64,000 bases of DNA from Pocillopora damicornis (lineage: Eukaryota), in contig NW_020845457.1 of assembly GCF_003704095.1 (NCBI RefSeq), positions 1 through 64,000 on the forward strand, read 5' to 3'. The notes beneath the pieces were generated by a model. That model saw only the letters and a list, made by a program, of their open reading frames with translations, ran no database searches and had not been told where the DNA came from. The position numbers and the translations under genes were made by a program. Positions 44,212-55,648 of the stretch are shown in pieces. Within the stretch, counting starts at the first letter, position 1; each line of letters starts with the position of its first letter.

Positions 44212-47200
44212 TTATGCTTCTCCGTTACACTTGAGCTTTCCTAGTGTGTGATATCCTTCTTCTCGTGGCCAGTCCCCCAAGTCACCAAGTCTAATTTGTG
44301 AGACGGGCAGGACAGACTTGTCTGTCAAAAGGCCACTATCCTCTCTCCAGCCGGCCTTATTAAACAAAAACCAATTACCATCGCAGTTGCACCTTTTACT
44401 AGTGGTGCAAGAGTTTGTCACTCCGCATGCGCACATTCTATAATGACCTCTTGCTCCGCCCCAGTAATTCATCCGTGTTCCATTACGTGACACCCACCAA
44501 GCATAACCATCCGAAACCGACGCTACGTCATTTTTACATTCGTACTTGATAAACTGTTCACAGTTCTTTGAGACTTGAGTGAGCGCTGCTAGCTGAGCGG
44601 TGCTGACTCCAGTATATCGTACATCTTTCCTGTAACATCCTGGGGATTCACATCCATTTGTATTTCCGACGTGAGTTCTACTCTCACTGTCGTGACTGAT
44701 GACAGTCACGCCAACTCCACCCTTGTCACTCATGTCACAGTACACACTGAAGGGTGTCACGCCTCCTTTGCCATCAGGGTCAATGATGTAATTACCTGAC
44801 GGGGCACCAGGCTTCTCTGCTTTTATTCTGCTGCAGCCGGACTTGGGCCCGGGCTTAAAAACTTCGACGACTGATGTTGCCTCGATAGACCGCTGAAAAT
44901 TTTTAGCTTCACATGAGTAACTCCCAGCCTCATTTGGAGAAACTTTCGTAAGCAGCAAAGTTCCATTTGGATACAGAACATGATTTTGAGGAAGTGCTTG
45001 ACCCGACTTTTTCCAAAATATATTTAGTGCACCTTGTGCTGCACAGTGTAAAACTACTTTGCTGGAGGCTGATACATTCACTTTTTGTGGAGGGGTTATT
45101 CTAAATTTGAGTGTGTCAAGAACTGTCACTTGGGCGACAGCTGAGTCTTCTCCGAGTAGATTCGTTGCTACGCATGCGTAAGCTCCCCCGTCTGCTTTTT
45201 CTATATTAGAAATAGTCAGGGTTCCATTGACCACTGTCGTCTTTTTCCTCGGTAGTTGGCTCAAGGCTTTCTGCCATGTGACCGTTGGAGTCGGCTGACC
45301 GCTGGCTTGGCAGACCAGGGTCACGTTTTGGTTTTCTTCAACAAGTACAGACGAAGGTTTCCGAATAATGTTGGCACCAACTGGAAAAGGAAACAGAAAG
45401 AAACTAAAACTTTAGTGTATTATAGGAAATACTTTGTCATTGATAAAGACAGAGGTAGGCCATGTTTTTCTATAACTTTAGGACATCAGCTCCTATTCCC
45501 AGCCTGTCGTACCCTACCCAATGTCACGCATGCGAGTGAGGCTATAGTATACTGAGCTATCACTATTCCGTCTTATCGTACGAGTAAATAAGAACTGATC
45601 AAATGTAACAAAATAAATATGCTTAAAGACAAAAAGTGAAACGCTAGCAACCTTGAATAGACAACGCAGCTGTAGCATTCATCATTCCCAAGATGTTTTT
45701 TGCAACACAAGTGTACATTCCGTCATCCCCTGACGTAACACTCGTGATCACCAGACTTCCACGTGATGCCACAATACGCTTATCCGTGGGAAGAGTTGAG
45801 TTCTGCTTTAACCATGTCACCTCTGGCTCTGGATTTCCAGCAGCCAGGCATTGAAACGAGGCTGTTCCACTTGCGTTTACCACCTGAGACTTTGGAAGTA
45901 CCACGATCGAAGGAGTTGAGGTGGATTTGCCAGGGTTTCCCTTAACTCCGGGGGGTCCTATAGGTCCTGGAGGTCCCTGGGTACCCGGGGGGCCTTGGTT
46001 TCCCTTAGGGCCCTTAATCCCCTGTGGTCCGGGTGGTCCGTGTTTTCCTGGAGGGCCTTTGAGGCCCGGTCTTCCTCGTTTTCCCCTAGTGCTTTTGGGG
46101 CAATGTACTTTACAGGTTATGTCGCTCAAAGCAAGTCGCACTTCCCTTTGGATGACATCGCGATCGATGCTGTCGCTAACATTTCTTTTGTTTTTGAGGG
46201 TTTGCACCCGACGCTTGTGACGTACGTGAAACTCTAGATCTGTGAATAAGAGCGGACGAAAATAGTACACACTGTTATTTTTTGTGTTAAATCGCCACTG
46301 ACATAATTTTATGACAAATTCAGGTTGGTTCAGATGTAAATCAGCAAAGTTAAACTTGCTGAACTCCCCCCTATGTCTATTTGGTCTCTGGGGTACGATT
46401 AGGGTCGGATTGGACGAGACGAAACGAAAATGCCCAAATATTGAACGGACAGCCACAACCTGTGATGACCTTCTAGATCTAACCAACAACCCTAACCATA
46501 GATAATATTCCCTTTGGAATAGGAGGTTTTACTGATTCAGATATAATATCAAATGGCGTTACCATATCAAAGCAGCTTAGACTAGATTTTCCCGATATAG
46601 TAATTGGCACATTATCTGACCGTTTTTTTTTCCTTTCTTCTATGCTCCCCTCTATATCTGTTAGGTTTACGTGTTGCTATTTAGATTTGATAGATATCGT
46701 GGTTTATATAGTGAGATGTGCACCTCATGCAACGAGGAAGTCAATTTGGCTGAAACGTTATGTATACTTAATGAAGCCTATTCCTAGCACAAGTGGATAT
46801 TTCCTTTTGAAATATCACCATCTTTTGTTTATCTCTTAAGGAAGTCGTGAGGCTCACGGCATTAAATTATGCCGGAAGCTAAGCGATGTCAGGTTTCAGC
46901 AAGAAAGGACGAGTTGAAGGATGAAGCTAATACGGATACGAGTACGTTTTCTGACAGTAGCTGATTTATTAAAGTTTCAATGAAACGTTTTTGTCTCCCA
47001 TTAAGAACTTAAAAGATTCTTTTTGACGGGAATCATCCCACATTTATAATTTTTGTGCTCACCGATGTTCAGTTTTACAGTAATAGTTCAATGGCAATTT
47101 TTGCTACACAGCGATTTTCATTTACCTTTATCTGAGGTATGTTCCAAGGAAGACATATCTTCGTCACTTCCCTTGTTTCGTATCTGGAGGTTTTCTTCCT

Positions 47201-47333
47201 TTAGTTGATTTAATTCTTGAAGCATTTTTCGATGAACGTGAAGTTCAACCTCAACATGAATGAATCCTACAAGACAGATTACAGTGAGGAAAACAAGCGT
47301 GCTGGAGGCTTGTCTTGGCTGTGATTTCTTCAT
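44212..47333 (-). CDS. Type II membrane protein: TM - furin site - collagen (18 GXY) - 3 Ig - Caspr/neurexin-IV-type fibrinogen-related domain, ~654 aa; exons 47126-47333, 45652-46239, 44212-45380
   Basis: [16 protein letters not shown] anchor; RHKRR; GKR...GKS triplets; three Ig C-W-YxC sets; [10 protein letters not shown]...FSVYCDM...VTVISHDSE...CEQFIKYEC...YWGGA...CACG...CNCD; phase-1 GT-AG introns join in frame. Confidence 0.85.
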
Positions 47334-48879
47334 ATTAACGTTCAGCAAGGCGGCAGAGAATTGCTGGCTTGCGAAAAAGCCTCTAGTATAAAAGCGCAGC
47401 CGGCAAGCTGACTACTCTAATTTCGTGTTGCTGCTACGTGTTCTCTTAATCAATCTTGTCAATCATTACTTCCGCTCACGCTGTGCATGTGATGTGCAGT
47501 CATCTCTCTCGTAAGCGGACTCTCTCGGGAATATTGGAAAGAGCGTCCTCCTACGAGAATTGTTCCCTTAGTACCAAAGAAAAAAATTATATTGGGAAGG
47601 AAGTCCGCTTAAGGGAGATTCAAGGAGGAAAGTAGATCATGACGAATGTGGTCGTAACTTGACATCATAAATGTTATGTCAAAAGAACGGACAGCTTGCC
47701 TTCCCGCTTTGCTCAGTCAAAGGTCATATCTTTGTTGATTTGCAAATTAAGGAAATCGCTATGTATGAGGTGTCCGCTTACAATAGAGCGTAGACAAATG
47801 GAAAATCCAATTTTGTGTCCGCGTTTGTTTAGGAGAATGCTTACGCTTACGGGAGTGTTTAAAAGCACAGTTTTACTGGCTGGGTGGCAAAACGGGAATG
47901 AAAAATAGTGTCTGTAAATAGAGCTGTCTTCTGATGCGAGTGTCCGTCCGCGGAGAGTTCATTGTGTTTATATTTCTTTTAACAGGCCAGGTCACATGAA
48001 TAAGGAACTTTCATGCAGTTATGGTATGCAGTCAGAATAATAACTACTTAGTTACGACACAGCACGACTGTTACGTCACAAGTTTTCAGGATAAGGATAA
48101 CAAGTGCACGTTCTAGATACTTAAACCAAAAGTCCGCCGTTAAAGAATTTATCCTTGAAATGTAACAAACTTTACCACGCAATCATTGGATTGACACTAA
48201 TCAAGTTGTACCAAACTCACGTTTGATATTGGGAATATCGAGATGCGAACGAATCTTGAATCAGTTGTGTAAAGATTTAAGCGGAAGGATCTTATATCTT
48301 TGTGACTCAAATCACTCAAAGAACAGCTAGATCTCTAGATTTAAGATAATCAAATCAGAAGTCGTCATATACAGGGACTGGATCATCAATCGCGATACGC
48401 CTTTTGGAACACGGTAAATTAAAGAATTGCATTGTCATCTCTGAAAAGGACTTAAAAATTTTCTTCTTTACCCAACATCAAACGCTAACACATTCAATGT
48501 AAGACGTATATCAAGATATATCCCTGGTAAAGTATCTTCTACTCAATCGTTACCATGATATTCTACGTCAAACAGAACTGCTAGCTTCTTCATAACTACC
48601 TTTTTCCTTGACATCTCCAGAATCTATTGATCAATTTGCAAAAGTTTTCGGCGGAAATGAATAAGATAAATTAGACAGCTTCATATCAGTTTTTCGGTGT
48701 TATAGAGTTAAGATGTGCGATATATGAACCCTCAAAATTTAAAAGAAAACGTGCATTAAGAGATTCTCGGCACAGCGGTCTCAACAAGCTCTGAATTCAC
48801 CAGAGAACACTTAGTGGTTTAAACATTTATGGTTTAGAAGAGATTTTTTTTGAGCCTCTGACGCTCTCAAAGCGTATGT

Positions 48880-49884
48880 TTACATGTCTTGTGCTGTTGC
48901 CCGATATTTACTCGAACAGAGAGTAAGCATGTCTGATAGTCTCTTGAACTGGAGGAGCTGCAGAAATTCTCGTTTCATCTCTTTGTCTCTGAAAGCATAG
49001 ATGAATGGATTTACAGCGCTGTTCGAGTAATGCATCCATTTGACGATTTCCACCAGGCGCTGAAGATCGCGGCTTGCAGGCAAACACTGAGGACAGTAAA
49101 CAGCAATCATTAAAAGTGAATAAAATGGAAGCCATGCCAGAAAGAAGAATCCAGATACCACTGTTAGGGTCATCGCCACTTTAATTTCTTTCTTTAATTG
49201 ACTCTTTTCCCGGCAGGATATTCTACAAGTCCCGTCTGAACCAGGTGTATGGCGGCTCAGTGATATGGCGATGCGGAATATCCCAGCGTACATTAAGCTG
49301 ACAATTACAAGTGGACCAAGAAACCCCACAATAGTAAAACTCGGCGCATAAAAACGTTGAAGCTTGAATAGTTTCTGCAGTGGAGTTGACGAAGCAATGA
49401 GGGCTGCTAATAGCCATGCCGATGTAATCGTCGCCGTGTAAACTCGAGACGAAAGGCGTTGATATAAGAATGGCCTTGAGACAGAAATGAAGCGCTCGAC
49501 GCTAATGGCTGTTAAATGAAACACCGATGTCAGAGCGCTGAAAATGTCCAAGCTAATGAAAAACTCATAGAAAACCTCGCCTTTGCTGATTCCAAGGCCT
49601 GAGATGCAGATCCAAAGCGGTAAGGAGGCGACTCCCACGATGCAGTCGGAACAAGCCAAGCTGACCAGAAATACATTGCCTCTCTTTCGCAATTTTCGGT
49701 TGTGAATGAAAGCAGTCATAACGATTGAGTTGCCGATGACGATTGCAAGTGCGAGTAAAACTGAAAAGAAAACAAAGACGAGGGTATCCACTTCGGATCT
49801 GGGATGTAACGCTTCAGGCGAAAGTGAACTGTTAAGTGCTTCGGTTCCACTGTTGATCATGGATCTGTTTCGCTCACCCATCAT
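48880..49884 (-). CDS. Single-exon class A GPCR (aminergic/adenosine-like orphan)
   Basis: 7 hydrophobic segments; GN, SLACSD, ERF, AWLPF, NSAVNPFIY. Confidence 0.93.
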   Translation of the reverse strand: MMGERNRSMINSGTEALNSSLSPEALHPRSEVDTLVFVFFSVLLALAIVIGNSIVMTAFIHNRKLRKRGNVFLVSLACSDCIVGVASLPLWICISGLGISKGEVFYEFFISLDIFSALTSVFHLTAISVERFISVSRPFLYQRLSSRVYTATITSAWLLAALIASSTPLQKLFKLQRFYAPSFTIVGFLGPLVIVSLMYAGIFRIAISLSRHTPGSDGTCRISCREKSQLKKEIKVAMTLTVVSGFFFLAWLPFYSLLMIAVYCPQCLPASRDLQRLVEIVKWMHYSNSAVNPFIYAFRDKEMKREFLQLLQFKRLSDMLTLCSSKYRATAQDM

Positions 49885-52466
49885 ATTTCGCCTTTTTTCC
49901 TCACCTTGTTTCGCCTCGCGCTCAGCAAGTTTAAGAGAATAAAAATCAGTTCAAATCTAAGCGGAGAGTTTTAAATAAAAGAACAAACACATAAATCAAG
50001 CGCAGTTGGTGATTGACGTTTTAAAATCTTCTTTTCCGGTGTAAACAGCTGCTTGTCAGCTCTTCCTTTTCTTCTACCCTTTACTTAAATCAGTTTATGG
50101 AAACAACATAATTGTCGCTTTCCACGGGTGTAAAAATATATTTCTTCGGGAGATTACTGTTGCAGCATTTGCAGATAAGCGGTTTTCTAGGCCTGCATTC
50201 CGATTACCGTATCTTAAGGTCGCAATATTTTACGACTGTACGTTCATTTCACTCGTCTCGATCGAATATATTATTAAGTAACTGTAGAGCTTATTTCCAC
50301 CTTGTCAAAGAATACTCCATTTCAATAGTTTTACGGAAGTTTGGTTGACATAAGAACGTTCTAGTAATTGAAAGGGAATAGAAAATGAAAACAGTGGCTG
50401 TCACTTTTTTTTCTCAGAGAATGGAGAAAGACGATAACTCTTGCAGTTAAGATACAAATCGTCAAAAGCTCTAAAAAGCGACCAACATATAATCGAATGG
50501 CCACAAATTTTATCATGTGAAACCTTTGATTTTGCCGATGAGGCCGAGGAAACAGAGGAAAGTCCAAAAGAAAAAAGGGAATGAAAAGTATAGAGATATT
50601 TGGAAATATTTTCAGTAGTCTAAATGTAAATTAAAAGCGTATTGTTGAAAGTTGTCTTACAAATAAATGTGGAAAAGTGATACTTAGAGTCGTGGTTTAA
50701 TGAAACACAAATAAATCAAAACGTATATGTGTCAGAAATTCGATTATTTGTTCTTTTCCAGGCTAAATACAAAGTACGGTCCTCAGCCATCCATTGGTTA
50801 ACACAAAGAACAATGACGCAAGTGAAGTAACTAAAAATGTAGACTGAGATCGCAAATGTTTAAAAGGATCGGAAGCTATATCATCGCGGTGAAGCATAAG
50901 TTACAAAAATTCGATTTCTACTCTTTATTAATACCAATAATGTAGTAAGTAGTACAGTCATAATGATAAAGAACATTTTCTTAAAACATTTTAAGGCATA
51001 TAAACAATCTCACGACAGTTTTTACAAGCAAACGTCCTTATCAATAAAAGGCTGAAAGCATTGAAATGAAGATCAAGAGATTTGTAAAATAATACAATTC
51101 TCGACCTTTGATTTAGGGAAAAAATAAATACCTAATGTAATTTTCAACCAGTTTCGAGGAATTTATTCAAGCTGAGGTATGAGAGCTACATTTCTCAATT
51201 TATTGTTTTCTATGCTTTGGACTTATCCTTTTAGTGTGAATACTAATGTAAATTTGGAGTATGATGAACAGGCTACTTTGAGTTTCAAAGAACAGCGCTT
51301 CCTCATTTACTGCAAGCACAAAACCTTTTCTTGCGAGAATGAGTTTTAATTATGACATAAATATAAGAGACATTTATGGAAATCTTCGCATTTACCTTCT
51401 TTCAAAGCATGAGGCTTAGAGAATCTCGAAGATAGCCTTACTTTCATATTTCATTAGGAGGGCCACAATATCGATCAATTCAATTTTCCAAAAAATCGGT
51501 CAGTGTTATCTGTCGCAAGTAAAAGGAAAAGTAAACATGTTCTTGACAAGGAATTGAACAAAAAACCTCCAGATAACCGCTAATATTTTATTCCTATTAT
51601 TATCTCTATCATTTTATCTTTTATTTTTTTGGCGAGGTAACATTTCATTTTTTGTACAACGTATTTACATTATCAGTAAACAGTGAGGAAATTTCAGAAC
51701 GACAACATCACTTTAGCTTGGTTTACTGATGGAATAAATCATTTCTAATGTTGCCATAATTTCTCTCTGTCTTCCTTCTCTCTTTTTCTACTTTTTCATT
51801 TCCATTTTTTTTTTTGGAACACAACAGTGGTCAGTTCCTTCGAACACTGATGTCAATGCACATTCATTAAAAGTATGAATAACAGAAATAGTTAATCAAA
51901 ACACAATAGAGGCTGAAAATAGAAATTCGAATGAAATAAAGCGCCGTTTAACCATAAAAAATAAAAACGTACATAAAAAAAAAATTATTTAAAGAATAGA
52001 TCAATAAAAAAGACCAAGAAATGGAAGACGAGACCTAAAATCGAGTGTAAGAGATTTGTCAAGGGACGCCAGAAATTACGTAATCACGTCATATCACGTA
52101 AAATTCCCATTTACGAGCTTGTTTTCTCAAAAGAAAATTGAGGTTCATTCAGACTTCTTTTAAAAACTTAACAGGTCTTTACCCGTTTGATTATTGTTTT
52201 GACCGAGCACTGTTTTTCCATGCGTTTTAACCCAGAAGGACGCAATCATTCGTTCCTCACATCAGTCACGTGAATAAAACTGAGAAAAGAAAAGTAGTAC
52301 CAAATATCTCTTGCTATATGAACGAATTGCTGTTTTTATGTTAGCGTTAAGGCAGGAAAGAAAAATGTCCCGGCAATTGAAGAGGGGCGAAAGATTCCAC
52401 TAGCTTGTTTGTTGGTTTTTAAGTTCTATTGATTTCGTTTGAATTGAGCATCAGAAATAGGTTGCT

Positions 52467-53489
52467 TTAATTTCGAATGTACAAATCGAGAATCTCATGT
52501 GTATTTGGAAATTCCGGCTCCACTCGACCACTTCTACAAAATCTTTTAAAAGGACCCAAAAGTCTCGCGAAGGTTCGGCGCATTTCGGCATCACGAAAGG
52601 CATATATGGCGGGATTGATTGCACTGTTTGAGTAATGCAGCCACTTTATAATGTCTACCATTTCATACTGAGCGTTGGACGAGGAAGGGAGGCATTGAAC
52701 ACAGTAGACATAGAACATGTTTACCACAAAGAAGGGCGACCACGCAACGAAGAAGAATCCGGTCATAACGAGAAGCGTGAATGCGGCCTTGCGCTCTTTA
52801 CGAACTCGTTGCTTGAGGTTCCCGTGCTGTGATGGTGCGCAATGGATTAACACTCGTGCAACGCGGAAGATTCCTATGTTTACAAATGTAATTACCGACA
52901 ACGGGCCTAGGAAGCATACGGTAAACAATGCGGTAGCGTATACCTTTAGGATCTTCAACTTAAGCTTTTGTTCGTCATTGTCCCGCAAATAATTACCAGG
53001 ATGTGAGCAAGCGACGAAAATTCCTAAGATCCAGGACAACACCGATGCGAACGCATACGGTTTGATGGAGAGCGTTTGGTGGTAAAACGGTTTAGAGACG
53101 GCTATGAAACGCTCAATTGATATTGCCATAAGATGAAGGTTTGACACAAGGGCGCTGAAGATATCAAGAGCAGTGTAAAGTACCACAACAATGACACTTA
53201 CTTTCCAGTTCATTATCGAGCCAAAGATTCGGATTGGCAGGGAGACACCTCCTACAAGGAGATCAGAGAAGGCAAGGCTCACGATAAGTGCATAGGCGCC
53301 AGTGTGAAGTCGACGATTTTTCATATAAGCTGCAATGACAAGAACATTTCCTACCACGATGATGAATATAAGAAGTAAATTAACCACAGTCCCTGCTTTC
53401 ATTCCAATTCCAAGTTTTGCTAACGAATTTTTATCAGAGTCATTCTGTCCATTTAGAAGAGTAAAGTTCGTCATCTGACTTTTACTCAT
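52467..53489 (-). CDS. Single-exon class A GPCR (aminergic/adenosine-like orphan)
   Basis: GNVLVI, SLAFSD, ERF, AWSPF, NSAINPAIY; first in-frame ATG at 53489. Confidence 0.92.
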   Translation of the reverse strand: MSKSQMTNFTLLNGQNDSDKNSLAKLGIGMKAGTVVNLLLIFIIVVGNVLVIAAYMKNRRLHTGAYALIVSLAFSDLLVGGVSLPIRIFGSIMNWKVSVIVVVLYTALDIFSALVSNLHLMAISIERFIAVSKPFYHQTLSIKPYAFASVLSWILGIFVACSHPGNYLRDNDEQKLKLKILKVYATALFTVCFLGPLSVITFVNIGIFRVARVLIHCAPSQHGNLKQRVRKERKAAFTLLVMTGFFFVAWSPFFVVNMFYVYCVQCLPSSSNAQYEMVDIIKWLHYSNSAINPAIYAFRDAEMRRTFARLLGPFKRFCRSGRVEPEFPNTHEILDLYIRN

Positions 53490-55648
53490 GACGGCGAAAA
53501 AGTCTCGAGCCAAGATCACTCATCTATGCCGGCACGGCTCTAACAAACTCGTTTACATTCATGTTGACGTGATTTCTTTTTTTTTTTTTTTTGTGATTCC
53601 TCATGTATTTAAAGATGAAATAATCAATTTGAGGATCATGCAGTATTTGAATAGCATAACCTGATTTATGAATTTCACCGCGGCCGAGCCTTTTAATAAA
53701 AAATCCACATCTTGAAAGTTTGTCATAAGTTCTTTACAACCATCAATTACAATTCCCCATTCACAGCATTCGCAATTCATTTGGCTTCTGTTTTTCTGAC
53801 AAGATAATTTTTAGTAAGAATGTTTTAACATCGCAAAGTTCAAATAATACAGTGTTTCCATATGCATTCGGTCGGGTTTGAATGATCACAATGCAATCAC
53901 TTATCTAATGAAATAAGTTTGCGTGCGTTAGTGATAGGTAAAAGGAAATGAACTTTTATCTGTGCTCCTAGATGTCTTTCTCTCTCAGTTTCGCTTAAGA
54001 CAATGGTTTTCATCACGGTTGAGGCTTCCGACATAGGAAATATGTTTTGAGCTATTACCTAAATTATTTTGAATGTGTAAATATCAAAAAAACTTCATAA
54101 CATCTAGCTGTGTATAAGTGAAATGAAATTTCGAAAACATTATGGAAATTTGCGGCATGCCTTTCGTTAATTCAAAAGAAATAAAGAGCTCAATTTTCTC
54201 CTTTTAAAACTGAACTAGACATCACGGTTCTCTTTTATACATGAATGTGTGCACATCTCTCACTTCCCGCGATCCTAGCTCATCCTAGAAATTGTTTGGA
54301 TGTTCGAAGAGTTAAGCCATTGACTTTTTTTTTTAAAATTTATAAGATTACTGAAAATAATCTACTTCGTTCTGCTGCATTGAGAAAAATATGCGATGTT
54401 CGGCTTTTAGAGTTAAGCTTTATCTTTCCATCGACAGACTGTTTCTTTTATAACTCTGCCCAATAATATGAAATGGCTCATGTGCACAGCATCACTGAAT
54501 TTGATTCTTAACAAAAAAAAGACACTCAGCCTTGTAAAATTTTATGCACTTACGAACAACTGAGACAGGCATGGAGATTTTACGGAAACGACCACATTGA
54601 GTCAAATATGCTGCGTCCTACATAAAATGAAATCACATTAAAAAATATTCATGCTGCAATCAAAGGGAATATAATCTTATCCCCTTGTTGGAGTTGATTG
54701 ATCATGTTTTTATTAAGTATGACTGTTATTCATTTTAATTTGACAACCTGCATGGAAATGCACCAAAAGGTTGTTATGTTCTGCTCACAATGAGATCTGT
54801 GCCTTGGTTAAGTCAATTAAGAACTGGTCGACATGAAATATACATTCTCTAAATCCAACTCTCTCGTGTATGTGAAAATGATTGGCAAAGACTTACAAAT
54901 ACAATTTATCACTAAAAAAAATGTTGTTCAGAGATTTCATTTGAAAAACAGAAGGTTTAAGAGAAACTTTTGATTCTTCATTTTAGATTCATTTGATTTC
55001 CGCCCAGAGAAACTGTATTTCTCTATTTGCATTATTTGTCCCTTTGTAGCCTCTGAGATCGTTTAGGGGTTTATCTAATTCATGTAATAACAGCTTTGAG
55101 TGAATTTTTCTCAGTAACATGGCCTTCCGTGATCCTTCCAAGTTATAAGGGTGCCATAGCCAATCTTTGAACTACCTTTTTGTCATTCTGTCTTCCTATT
55201 GAAATTCACTAATTATTTTCTAGGGAACCTACAGAGACTCAACCTTTCTTACGTTTATTTCTCAAAACAATCTTCACGTAATAATTTTTTAGTTTATTAA
55301 AAACTTTCGGGTCAGATTTATGATTCTTCATGGGGTCCGGAATCATTATTTCTCAATTATGGCGCCAAAATACATTATGTATTTTACGCAAAAGGAACTT
55401 AGTTTCTACACTGCATCGCCAATATATTGATGAGTTCCACCTTTAAACTAATGTTTCAGTGATGAGCAATATATCTAAGAAGGACACTCACAAACACGTG
55501 ACACCTGAATAAGGTCATTTTTGTCTAAAAGTCGCGAAAAAGCACAGGTTTTTTTAGTGTTAATCACTTTATAATGCCGTATCTAGTTGCCTTATCACTG
55601 GATCCCTTCCGTGCTATTGATTTGTGTGCGTTCTAATAGCTTCCAAGG

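Noticed and set aside
45921-46237. Gly/Pro-rich plus-strand ORFs
   Set aside because: Antisense shadows of the collagen exon
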